Shown one piece after another: positions 37,198-45,364 of a stretch of 64,000 nt of DNA. Where the stretch lies: NCBI GenBank assembly GCA_903911145.1, contig CAIWCD010000025.1, positions 3,891 through 67,890 of the forward strand, written 5' to 3'. Numbering within the stretch: the stretch's first letter is position 1; each line of letters opens with the position of its first letter. The notes below the pieces were generated by a model. It did not search any database. It saw only the letters and a list, made by a program, of their open reading frames with translations, and was not told the origin of the DNA. Made by a program: the position numbers and the translations under genes. The DNA comes from an uncultured delta proteobacterium (GTDB lineage Bacteria > Myxococcota > Myxococcia > Myxococcales > 40CM-4-68-19).

Positions 37198-37307
37198 CAA
37201 TCGCCGAGCAGCAGACGTTGGGTCGCCCTTTGCGGGCTTAACCTCGTGCCTTGACCCGGTTCGCTCTGCGGAAAGTATCTATGTCGCTATCGCGCGATTG
37301 TCCGCCC

Positions 37308-38110
37308 ATGCGGCGGTTGTTCCTCTTCCTGGTTGCGCTCCTGTCGCTCCCCTACGCGGCTCGTGCTCTGGACTTCGATGCGAAGCTCGAGCCCGGCGTT
37401 GCCATTCCCCTCGGAGCACCACAGTCCGATCGCTTTAACGTCGGCGGCGCTGCGACATTAAAGGGCCTGGTTGGTTTCGAAGGCGGATATGTCGATATCG
37501 CAGCGGGATTAACCTATCTCGGCCTTCCCGCCGCGACTGGCTACACGCTCACCAGCGCAGGAACCGCCTGGGCGCCCAGTCTTGGCCTTCGCCTCCAGCG
37601 CCCGCGCCGGTCCGAGGAGCAGCTTCGCGCCCAACCGCCTGGGCATGAATGGTTCTATGGAGCGCGCCCGTGGCTGGACGCGGATATCATGTATGTGCGA
37701 ACGGGCAGCCTCGATCGAGCCGGCTTTGCCGCCGCCACGGGCCTCTCATTTCCACTCGACGACGGCCAGGCGTTCTGGTTGGGTCCCTTCGTCCGCTATT
37801 TCCAGATCCTCCAGCAGAACCACGCTGGACTCGATGAGCGCGACGCAAAGGCAATCATTGTTGGATTAAGCTTGGAAGTCGGCACGCGGCTCGTGCGTCC
37901 GACGAATACACCCGCTGCAGCAGCGCCGGAGCCCGTTCAGGTCAAGGAGTGCCCCGCTGTCGTCGCGCAGGCCGCCCTGCCTCAGCAGATTGTGCGTCCG
38001 GACCGCGATGGGGACGGAGTTCCCGATGAATTCGACGCCTGCCCCGATGTCGCAGGCCCGGTTACAAACGGCGGTTGCCCAGTCTACGAGAGGCTCATCG
38101 TCAAGCCTGG
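37308..38110 (+). pseudogene. Truncated OmpA-family protein (barrel + TSP3-like Ca-binding repeat; OmpA_C domain missing)
   Basis: Signal peptide, beta-barrel, DRDGDGVPDEFDACPDVAG...GCP. The frame then runs antisense through the convergent gene to 38402. Confidence 0.65.
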
Positions 38111-38113
38111 GGT

Positions 38114-38902
38114 TCAGGAAGGCCGCGCGAGCTGCGTGACAACCTTCGTCCAGGTCTCAGGAAGCACGGCGCTCTTGGGAATCAATCGTGAGAGTGGCGC
38201 GACGCCATCTGCACGCTGCACGCCGCGCTCGAGTTGCTCCAGGTCGACATACTCATCTCCCTCAGCAAGACGACTGCCGGCCTCAGACATGCTGACCCGC
38301 GCCACTTCGTCGTCTGAGAGAAGATTCAGAATCCCATCGCGCGCGACCAGAGCGTCACGAGTCGCCTTCGCCGCACAGGTTGGCGCGTGGACCATCACAT
38401 GAGAAGCGGTGCTGCTCCCAAGCAGCGCGCGGGCGCGCCCGACCATCTCTGAGTCACCGCTGGCGAGGACGATGAACTTCCCCGCCTTCACGTCGAGGAC
38501 GTACTTCATGACTGCGTCCTCGGGTACACCGACGCTCAGCAGAGCCGCGCCCAGTGCGCCCACGACGCCGCCAACGGCCGCCCCCTCCAGCGCGCCGAGC
38601 AACCAGCCCACGAGAGGGCCCATCGCCACCAGCGGTCCGACGCCCGGCACAAAGAGGAATGCGCCGCCGAAGAGGAGGCCCCAGAGAGAGCCCCAGAACA
38701 CCCCGCGCCCGCCCCAGACCTTGATGCGATCGCCAGAGGTATAGAAGCCGAGCGCGTGCTCCTCTGTGTGGAAGTCCTTCCCGATGATCGACAGCTGTTT
38801 CATGTCGATCCCGGCTTTCTGCAGCGACTTGATCGCGCCCTCTGCACCAGAGTGGGTTTCAAACGTAGCGACGACGGACTGCTCCTGCATTCCTGCGGTC
38901 AT
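38114..38902 (-). CDS. General stress protein (YflT-like/DUF1269) fused to an extra C-terminal domain
   Basis: VVATFETHSGAE.AIK.LQKAG.D...LSIIGKD, glycine-zipper TM segment, VKAGKF; tail GILNLLSDDEVARVS...GDEYVDLE; AAGGAG RBS. Confidence 0.8.
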   Translation of the reverse strand: MTAGMQEQSVVATFETHSGAEGAIKSLQKAGIDMKQLSIIGKDFHTEEHALGFYTSGDRIKVWGGRGVFWGSLWGLLFGGAFLFVPGVGPLVAMGPLVGWLLGALEGAAVGGVVGALGAALLSVGVPEDAVMKYVLDVKAGKFIVLASGDSEMVGRARALLGSSTASHVMVHAPTCAAKATRDALVARDGILNLLSDDEVARVSMSEAGSRLAEGDEYVDLEQLERGVQRADGVAPLSRLIPKSAVLPETWTKVVTQLARPS

Positions 38903-38911
38903 GACGACTCC

Positions 38912-38966
38912 TTGAGATGGCTCTGAGACAGGTCTGAGACTGGCCTGAGATGGGTCTGAGGACTGA
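38912..38966. repeat. Five 11-bp tandem repeats (CTGAGA core)
   Basis: TGAG at 38913, 38924, 38935, 38946, 38957. Confidence 0.85.
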
Positions 38967-38981
38967 CTGTCGTTCAGGCAG

Positions 38982-38997
38982 TACAAGCGGCGTGCCA
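38982..38997 (-). promoter_or_regulatory. Putative sigma54 promoter
   Basis: TGGCACGCCGCTTGTA (perfect -24, TTGT at -12). Confidence 0.6.
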
Positions 38998-39103
38998 TCG
39001 CCAGCCAGAGAGCAGCGGCCCAGTTCTCGCAGAGACGTACTCCACGCATGTTGGTGTCCGCGACCTGGAACGGCCGCGCGCAGCCAGCATTCAGAGAGCC
39101 ACC

Positions 39104-39619
39104 ATGAATCGCTCCACTACGCTTTCACTCTTGCTGCTCTGCACCGTGTTCACCCTGCGCGCGACAGCAGCTGAGGATCGGCATGAAGGACACGCAGGGC
39201 CCGCGCCGCAGGCCGAACACCATGGCGCTCCACAGGCTGTCCCGCACCAGTCGCAGCGCCAGGGCCCGCCGCACTTTCAGGCCCACCCTCCGGGCGTCCA
39301 TCCCCACGGCCCGATGGTGCGCCAGCACAACGTCCGCGTGCTCGCTCCCCGGAATATCGCGCGGGGGCACCGCGAGTGGGCGCACTGGGAGCACCCCGAC
39401 TTTGCGCGGCCTTCCTATTTCTGGGCGTGGGGAAGTTTCCAGAGCGTCAGCTGCATCGCCGAGGATTCCTATGGTGATCAGTACCCGGTGACGGAGAGCG
39501 CGGGTGTGAACTTCGGTCTGATGGACATGACTGCGACTGAGGATGATGCGATGGATCGCTGCTATGCAGAGTCAGGCGAAGATGCGAGCTGCTATCTGGC
39601 CACCTGTTCGCATTTCTAG
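39104..39619 (+). CDS. Secreted His/Pro-rich protein with Cys-containing C-terminal domain
   Basis: Signal peptide; H/P/Q-rich region; SCIAEDSYGDQYPV...RCYAES...SCYLATC. Confidence 0.7.
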   Translation: MNRSTTLSLLLLCTVFTLRATAAEDRHEGHAGPAPQAEHHGAPQAVPHQSQRQGPPHFQAHPPGVHPHGPMVRQHNVRVLAPRNIARGHREWAHWEHPDFARPSYFWAWGSFQSVSCIAEDSYGDQYPVTESAGVNFGLMDMTATEDDAMDRCYAESGEDASCYLATCSHF

Positions 39620-39631
39620 ACGGAGACGCCA

Positions 39632-40168
39632 ATGCGACTCCTCCAACCTCGCCTGCACCGTCGAATCTCCACGGCCTGTTTCACCGCTCTCCTGATCTCA
39701 CTCGGTGCCGCGGCCGATCAGCCGCCCGACATCCGTTACGGACCGCGTCCGCTCTGGACTCTCGGTCTCATGCTCGGAGCACCGACCGGTCTGATGATCG
39801 AGGGAAACCTCAGAAGTGGAAACGCCTGGGATCTCGGCCTCGGCGCGATCATGGGGCCAGGAGCGCGTCTGCACGGCGACTACCTCCTGACGCTCGCTGG
39901 TTCGAATCCCGATGCCGGCCTCTTCGTGCGCCTTCAGATCGGCCTTGGAGGAATGGTCGGGCTGCTCACGCGGCCGTGCACGTTCTATGGCAACTTCCAG
40001 AACTGCAATCGCGACGGCTACATCGGTGCGCGAATGCCACTCGCGCTGGAGTTCTGGCCGCCAGGGCCGATCAATTTCGGGTTCGAGGTCGCGCCCGGAG
40101 CCGCAGTGAGCATCCATGCAGTGACCGGACTGCTCGACGCCTTCGCGTTCGTGCGGCTCAATCTGTAG
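39632..40168 (+). CDS. Small outer-membrane beta-barrel-like protein (DUF3996-like)
   Basis: LGLMLGAPTGL, LHGDYL, GARMP, FEVAPG. Confidence 0.6.
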   Translation: MRLLQPRLHRRISTACFTALLISLGAAADQPPDIRYGPRPLWTLGLMLGAPTGLMIEGNLRSGNAWDLGLGAIMGPGARLHGDYLLTLAGSNPDAGLFVRLQIGLGGMVGLLTRPCTFYGNFQNCNRDGYIGARMPLALEFWPPGPINFGFEVAPGAAVSIHAVTGLLDAFAFVRLNL

Positions 40169-40175
40169 AGACGGC

Positions 40176-40778
40176 TCACTGCTGCGCGGGGACCGCAGCA
40201 GTGAGCCGTTGAACCACCCGGTCGCCGATTCGCGCGGCTCCGGTGTGCAGCGCGAGCGAGAGTGCGTCGGCGACCGAACGCGCCTCGTCGCCATCGGGGT
40301 TTGTCGCCACCGGTTGCTCCACGACAATCGACTCTTCGAGCAACGCGACGCTCTCGTTGCGCAGCACCATCCGCGCCTGCATCCGCGCGACATGCGGCGC
40401 AAGCAACTCCTCAAACGCAACCAACTGCACATCGAGTGTCAACGCATGCCCACCGAGCGATTCGGTGAGCCCGCGCTCGTCGAAGAGTGTCCGTGCAAGC
40501 GCTGCGCGCAAGTAGATCTCAGGGCGCTCCGTCCAGCGCCGCGCCTCGTGGAAGAACAGTTCGTGCGAGGCATCACGAGTCACCAGTCGCTCGCGCAGAT
40601 GCGACCAGCTTTCGATGCGACCCAGGCGCAACTCAGGCCCGTGCGGGTTCACCGGGTGCACCGCAGGGCCTTCATCTGAGACGGCGAAGTAGCGCGGCAC
40701 CAGCGGCTCGTTCTTGCCGAGCAGCGCACAACCAGAAAGCGCGCCCGAGCACGCCAGAAGCAGCATTGCGCGTCTCAT
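40176..40778 (-). CDS. ABC-type transport auxiliary lipoprotein (PqiC-like)
   Basis: LSGC lipobox, PRYF, RWTERP; follows the MlaD gene. Confidence 0.85.
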   Translation of the reverse strand: MRRAMLLLACSGALSGCALLGKNEPLVPRYFAVSDEGPAVHPVNPHGPELRLGRIESWSHLRERLVTRDASHELFFHEARRWTERPEIYLRAALARTLFDERGLTESLGGHALTLDVQLVAFEELLAPHVARMQARMVLRNESVALLEESIVVEQPVATNPDGDEARSVADALSLALHTGAARIGDRVVQRLTAAVPAQQ

Positions 40779-41731
40779 GGGCGCACCTTTGCCTTCCCTT
40801 TGAGGAGCATGTCCGGATCGAGTTGCAGGGCTTCCACAAGCTGCCGCACGGCCGTCGCTGCCTCACGAAGCTCGCGCCCTGTTTCTTCCAGATTCCGATC
40901 CAACCGCGGACTCGCGAGATCGCCGAGGGCGTCTGAGGTCCGCTGCGCGCTGGCAAGAAGTCCGTCGCGCCCATCGATATGGTCAAGAACAAGATTCATC
41001 CGCACGAGCGCGCTGGTGGCCGCCTGGAGCGTCGTCTGTGCATCGCGCGACAACTCCGGCACTTGAAGCTGATCAAGCTTTGTCGAGAGTTTGAGCACCA
41101 GCTGATCAGTGTCTGAGATCGCCGCGGCCGCGCGCGCCGGGATCCCGCGGCGATGCACGTCGTCGAGAATCGAATTCATCCGCGTCGCCATGCCGCCGAG
41201 CTCTTCTGTGAGCAGCGGAATCATATCGACCGCGCGGACGACTGCGTCCTCGAGATTCTTCATCGTCGAAGGGGTCGCGGGAATGTAGTTGTCCGGCACG
41301 GGAAACGGCAGCACCGGAGGCGGCGTCGCCGAGGAGAAGAAGTCGATCTGCAGATATTTCGTCCCGGTCAGGCCGACTGATGCGAGCTGCACACGGAGGT
41401 CCGGTGGAACGGAGAGCTTCGTCTCCTTGCCGTTCGTTGTCCCCGCAAGGCCAAGCCGATGCAGCACGCGCACACCGAGTTGGTAGGTCACCTCGACGTG
41501 CCGTCGATCGGGCGCAATATCGATGGCGGAGACGTTGCCGATCTTCACACCACGAAAGCTGATGGGCGAGCCGACTTCCAATCCGGTCACTGCTTCATCG
41601 AAATAGGAAACATTGCTCGCGGTGATGACCTGCATCGTCTGCGCCGCCAGCAGCACGGCCGCCACCGATCCCAGCATCACCGAGCCAAGCACGAACGCGC
41701 CGAGCTTCCAATGATTCGCCTGTGCGCTCAT
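40775..41731 (-). CDS. mlaD: MlaD/MCE-family protein
   Basis: LGAFV, YFDEAVTGLEVGSPISFRGVKIGNV, GLTGTKYLQIDF, helical tail. Confidence 0.9.
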   Translation of the reverse strand: MSAQANHWKLGAFVLGSVMLGSVAAVLLAAQTMQVITASNVSYFDEAVTGLEVGSPISFRGVKIGNVSAIDIAPDRRHVEVTYQLGVRVLHRLGLAGTTNGKETKLSVPPDLRVQLASVGLTGTKYLQIDFFSSATPPPVLPFPVPDNYIPATPSTMKNLEDAVVRAVDMIPLLTEELGGMATRMNSILDDVHRRGIPARAAAAISDTDQLVLKLSTKLDQLQVPELSRDAQTTLQAATSALVRMNLVLDHIDGRDGLLASAQRTSDALGDLASPRLDRNLEETGRELREAATAVRQLVEALQLDPDMLLKGKAKVRP

Positions 41732-42471
41732 GCGGCCACCGGCAGGTGCGTGCGGTTGAAGAAGGCGCGCACGCGGGCATCGGTGCTGCTGTCGCGCAGG
41801 CTCCGCGGATCGCCGCGCGCGATGATGCTCTTGCTTTCCTTGTCGAGCATGATGCAGGCGGAACCGACCTTGAAGATGCTCTCCAGGTCGTGCGTGACGA
41901 CAACAAACGTGATGCCCAGTTGCTGGTTGAGCGTGAGGATCAACTCGTCAAGTTCCACTGCCGAGACGGGATCGAGACCCGCCGACGGCTCATCGAGAAA
42001 GAGCAGGTCCGGCTCGAGCGCCATCGCCCGCGCAATCGCCGCGCGCTTGCGCATCCCGCCCGACAGCTCTTCGGGAAGCAGGTCTTCCGCGCCAACGAGT
42101 CCAACCAGACGCAGCTTGGCGAGGGCGATCCCGCCGATCGCATCCGCGGGAAGATTGGTCCACTGCTGCAGCGGCAGCGCGACGTTCTCACCCACCGTCA
42201 GTCCGCCGAGCAGCGCTCCCGACTGGAACATCACGCCGAAGCGCGGCCGCGCCGTCACTCCTTGATCAGGCGCTTCCCCCTCGATGGTGATGCGGCCGCT
42301 GCCGAACTCCAGCCCGATCAGGTGACGCATCAGGGTGGACTTTCCACAGCCGCTGCCGCCGAGAATTACAAACACCGCACCCTGCTCGACCACGAAGCTT
42401 GCCGCTTGCAGGAGAACGCGACCATCCCAGCCGATGGTGAGATCCGCGACTTCGATCAGCGGCGCGCTCAC
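41728..42471 (-). CDS. mlaF: ABC transporter ATP-binding protein (MlaF-like)
   Basis: GGSGCGKS, FQSGAL, LSGGMRKR, LFLDEPSAGLDP, VTHDL; GTG start overlaps the mlaE stop. Confidence 0.92.
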   Translation of the reverse strand: MSAPLIEVADLTIGWDGRVLLQAASFVVEQGAVFVILGGSGCGKSTLMRHLIGLEFGSGRITIEGEAPDQGVTARPRFGVMFQSGALLGGLTVGENVALPLQQWTNLPADAIGGIALAKLRLVGLVGAEDLLPEELSGGMRKRAAIARAMALEPDLLFLDEPSAGLDPVSAVELDELILTLNQQLGITFVVVTHDLESIFKVGSACIMLDKESKSIIARGDPRSLRDSSTDARVRAFFNRTHLPVAA

Positions 42472-43595
42472 AGGCCCGCCACGCGGAAGAAGACGGTGAA
42501 GCTCGCGTCGATGAGGATGAGCGCGAAGAGCGTGGTGACGACGGTCGAGGTGGTGCGCCGGCCCACGCCTTCGGCGCCGCCGCTGGTCGCAAGTCCCTGC
42601 TGGCACGCGATGAGCGCGATCGCGAGCGCGAAGACAAGACTCTTGATCACACCTGACGACACATCCCAGATCGAGACGACTCTGGCGGTCTCGTTGAGAA
42701 ACCCGCGGATGGTCAGGTCGAGATTCCAGACGCCGACGACGAGCCCGCCGAGCACACCGGCCACGTCCGCGAGCAGCGTCAGGAGCGGCAGCACCAGAAT
42801 CAGACCGAGCACGCGCGGCACCACCAGGTAGCGCATCGGGCCGATGCCCATCGTGCGCAGCGCGTCGATCTCGCCGTTCACCTGCATGAAGCCGAGCTCA
42901 GCCGCAAACGCAGCCCCAGAGCGGCCCGCAATGACGATCGCTGCCATCAGTGGACCGAGTTCGCGGCAGACGGCGATGCCGATCAGATCGGCCACAAGGA
43001 GATTTGCGCCGAATCGCTTGAGCTGCGCGGCGGCCTGGAACGCCATCGCCAGTCCGACCAGGAAGTTGATGAGCAGAATGATTGGAACCGCATCGGCGCC
43101 GGAGCGCTCCATCGTGGCCGGTAGATCGCTCCAGTTCGCCGAGCGCGGTGCGCGCCAGAGACTGAAGCCTGAGATCACCAACTGCCCAAAGAACGCGAGC
43201 ACCAGTTGCAACTCACGGACTGCAGAGATCGTGGCCCGCCCGAGTTGGTCGAGCAAACCGATTGGAGCGCGTGGCGTAAGCACGGCGACGGAGTGGTCGG
43301 CACCGTACAGATGGATCAGCTTCTGCACCGCCGGGCCGGCCTCGACAAACTCCGATTGCACACCGCGACGCTGCAGTTCCGTCCGCAGACAGGCGAGCAG
43401 CGCCATCACGCCGCCGTCGATGCGCTCGACGCCGGCCATGTCGAAGTCGAGCGTCTCTCCGCGCACTGCGCTGCTCTCGACGTTGCGCAGCGCGGCCCAC
43501 AACTCCGCGGCCTGCGCAAAGCGGAGGCTTCCGCGAAACTGGATCGCGCTGTGCGTCTGCGACGATCGAAACAGCTCGATTGCCGATGGTTGCAT
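42468..43595 (-). CDS. mlaE: MlaE-family permease with N-terminal STAS domain
   Basis: DMAGVERIDGG, RELGPL..AI..AGRSGAAFAAELG.M...EIDAL, GAEGVGRRTT..VV. Confidence 0.92.
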   Translation of the reverse strand: MQPSAIELFRSSQTHSAIQFRGSLRFAQAAELWAALRNVESSAVRGETLDFDMAGVERIDGGVMALLACLRTELQRRGVQSEFVEAGPAVQKLIHLYGADHSVAVLTPRAPIGLLDQLGRATISAVRELQLVLAFFGQLVISGFSLWRAPRSANWSDLPATMERSGADAVPIILLINFLVGLAMAFQAAAQLKRFGANLLVADLIGIAVCRELGPLMAAIVIAGRSGAAFAAELGFMQVNGEIDALRTMGIGPMRYLVVPRVLGLILVLPLLTLLADVAGVLGGLVVGVWNLDLTIRGFLNETARVVSIWDVSSGVIKSLVFALAIALIACQQGLATSGGAEGVGRRTTSTVVTTLFALILIDASFTVFFRVAGL

Positions 43596-43626
43596 TCGAC
43601 AACCTTTCTGGAGACGACCCGCGTCG

Positions 43627-43851
43627 CTATTCGATCCGAGCATCGGCAACGATCGACCACCCTCCGTTGCGGTGCGAATACCAACGCCCATCGTCGTGTT
43701 GGTAGACATGCTCTCCATGCCAGCGCTCATGGCGGTAAGGTCGCCCGTGCTCGTTTCGATACTCCTCGGGCCAGCACGCGATGAGGGAGACGCTGGCGCC
43801 GAGGAAGAACACCATCATTGCTGCGGAGAGTGCGCGAGTCAGGGATCGCAT
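43627..43851 (-). CDS. Small His/Arg/Trp-rich lipoprotein
   Basis: LIAC lipobox; fills the operon gap; GAGG RBS. Confidence 0.6.
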   Translation of the reverse strand: MRSLTRALSAAMMVFFLGASVSLIACWPEEYRNEHGRPYRHERWHGEHVYQHDDGRWYSHRNGGWSIVADARIE

Positions 43852-43858
43852 GGGTGCC

Positions 43859-44938
43859 TCAGTGGTTGTTGGTTTGAATCGGACTGCTCGTCAGAACGAC
43901 CTTGAGCGCATGCTCCTGGGCTGCGTTCCCAAAGGTCGCGTAGGCCTTGACTGCGTCTGCGAGCGTGAAGCGATGGGTGACCAGCTTGCCGGGGGTCAGC
44001 TTTCCGGAGTTGACCACTTTGAGAAGCATCGGTGTCGTCACGGTGTCCACCAACCGTGTCGTCAACGAGATGTTCCGATCCCAGAGTTTTTCCAGGTGCA
44101 ACTCAACCGGCTTTCCGTGCACGCCGACGTTGGCGATCCGGCCGCCGACACCGACGATCTCCTGGCAGATCCCAAACGTCGCTGGCAGGCCCACAGCCTC
44201 GATCGCAACGTCGACGCCGGCTCCGCCCGTCAACTTCATCACCTGCGCGACCGCATCACCCTGAGAGTTGTTGATGACGCCCGTAGCGCCAAACTTTTTC
44301 GCCACTGCCAACCGCTGCTCATCGGGGTCGATCATCAACACAGAGGCCGGCGAATAGAGCTGCGCGGTCATCAGAACGGCGAGTCCAATCGGACCCGCGC
44401 CCACAACGGCGACTGAGTCTCTTGGCTTCACCTGTCCGTTCTGGACTCCACACTCAAACGCAGTCGGGAGGATGTCGCTGAGCATCAGCATGTCCTCCTC
44501 CTTGGTACCAACGGGAAGGTGGTAGAGGCTGCCGTCGGCCTGTGGAATCCGGACAGCCTCGGCCTGCGTTCCGTCGATCGTGTTCCCCAGAATCCATCCG
44601 CCATTTCGGCAATGGGAATAGATCGCGCGCCTGCAGAAATCGCACTTCAGACACGCCGTGATGCAGGAGACGATGACCCTGTCTCCAACCTTGAACTCCA
44701 CCACTGCCGTGCCGACCTGCTCAACGACACCGATCCCTTCATGTCCCAGGATCCGCCCGGTGCTGACAGTGGGAAGATCCCCCTTGAGGATATGAAGGTC
44801 GGTTCCACAGATCGTCGTGGTGGTGATTCTGACGACTGCGTCAGTTGGCTCCCGAATCGTGGGGCGTGGGCACTCGTCCCACGCGCAACTCGCCGGTCCG
44901 CGGTAGACGAGTGCCTTCATGGTGGTGCGGGTTGTCAT
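43859..44938 (-). CDS. Zn-dependent alcohol dehydrogenase (FDH-like MDR)
   Basis: ICGTDLH, GHEG, C.KC.FC......C, SDILPT, GAGPIG. Confidence 0.95.
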   Translation of the reverse strand: MTTRTTMKALVYRGPASCAWDECPRPTIREPTDAVVRITTTTICGTDLHILKGDLPTVSTGRILGHEGIGVVEQVGTAVVEFKVGDRVIVSCITACLKCDFCRRAIYSHCRNGGWILGNTIDGTQAEAVRIPQADGSLYHLPVGTKEEDMLMLSDILPTAFECGVQNGQVKPRDSVAVVGAGPIGLAVLMTAQLYSPASVLMIDPDEQRLAVAKKFGATGVINNSQGDAVAQVMKLTGGAGVDVAIEAVGLPATFGICQEIVGVGGRIANVGVHGKPVELHLEKLWDRNISLTTRLVDTVTTPMLLKVVNSGKLTPGKLVTHRFTLADAVKAYATFGNAAQEHALKVVLTSSPIQTNNH

Positions 44939-44939
44939 C

Positions 44940-45089
44940 TCAGACAACCCGTCTCCCCTGGATGACCCGAATCAGGACCATGATGATCGCGACGGCAAGC
45001 AGGATGTGGATGAACCCGCCCATCGTGTAGGACGTGACGAGCCCGAGCATCCAGAGAACGATGAGAACGATGGCGATTGTCCAGAGCAT
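44940..45089 (-). CDS. lmo0937-family small membrane protein
   Basis: MLWTIAIVLIVLWMLGLVTSYTMGGFIHILLAVAIIMVLIRVIQGRR; GAGG RBS. Confidence 0.9.
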   Translation of the reverse strand: MLWTIAIVLIVLWMLGLVTSYTMGGFIHILLAVAIIMVLIRVIQGRRVV

Positions 45090-45163
45090 GTGACCTCGAA
45101 GGCGAGACGGTTTGCCGGCTCGCGGCCTGTAGAGGGAGTTGGAGCAGCAACGAGAAATCAGAG

Positions 45164-45179
45164 AGCACGCGCCGTGCCG
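45164..45179 (-). promoter_or_regulatory. Putative sigma54 promoter
   Basis: CGGCACGGCGCGTGCT. Confidence 0.65.
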
Positions 45180-45256
45180 CCCGCCGCGTTCAGGGCGTTG
45201 GAGTGCGTTGCTGCTCGGACTGCTCGTCTCAAGCGCTCGGCGGCGCCGCGTGCAGA

Positions 45257-45270
45257 ACGTTCGCGAACGT
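45257..45270. promoter_or_regulatory. Palindrome ACGTTCGCGAACGT (candidate upstream activator site)
   Basis: Perfect 14-bp palindrome midway between divergent sigma54 motifs. Confidence 0.55.
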
Positions 45271-45336
45271 CCTGGCGGATGCCTGGGGCGTTGGATGCGC
45301 TCAGGGAGCGCGGAGCGAACCACTGGGCAGCGGCGA

Positions 45337-45352
45337 CGGCACGGCAACTGCG
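45337..45352 (+). promoter_or_regulatory. Putative sigma54 promoter
   Basis: CGGCACGGCAACTGCG. Confidence 0.6.
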
Positions 45353-45364
45353 TAGGGCAGCGCT

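Noticed and set aside
39066-39082. Sigma54 promoter for the His-rich gene (TGGAACG...)
   Set aside because: GC is not at the required 12-nt spacing from GG.
45255-45270. LexA/Cheo box
   Set aside because: The Gram-positive box is GAAC-N4-GTTC; these sites have the opposite order (GTTC-N2/3-GAAC) and do not precede DNA repair genes.
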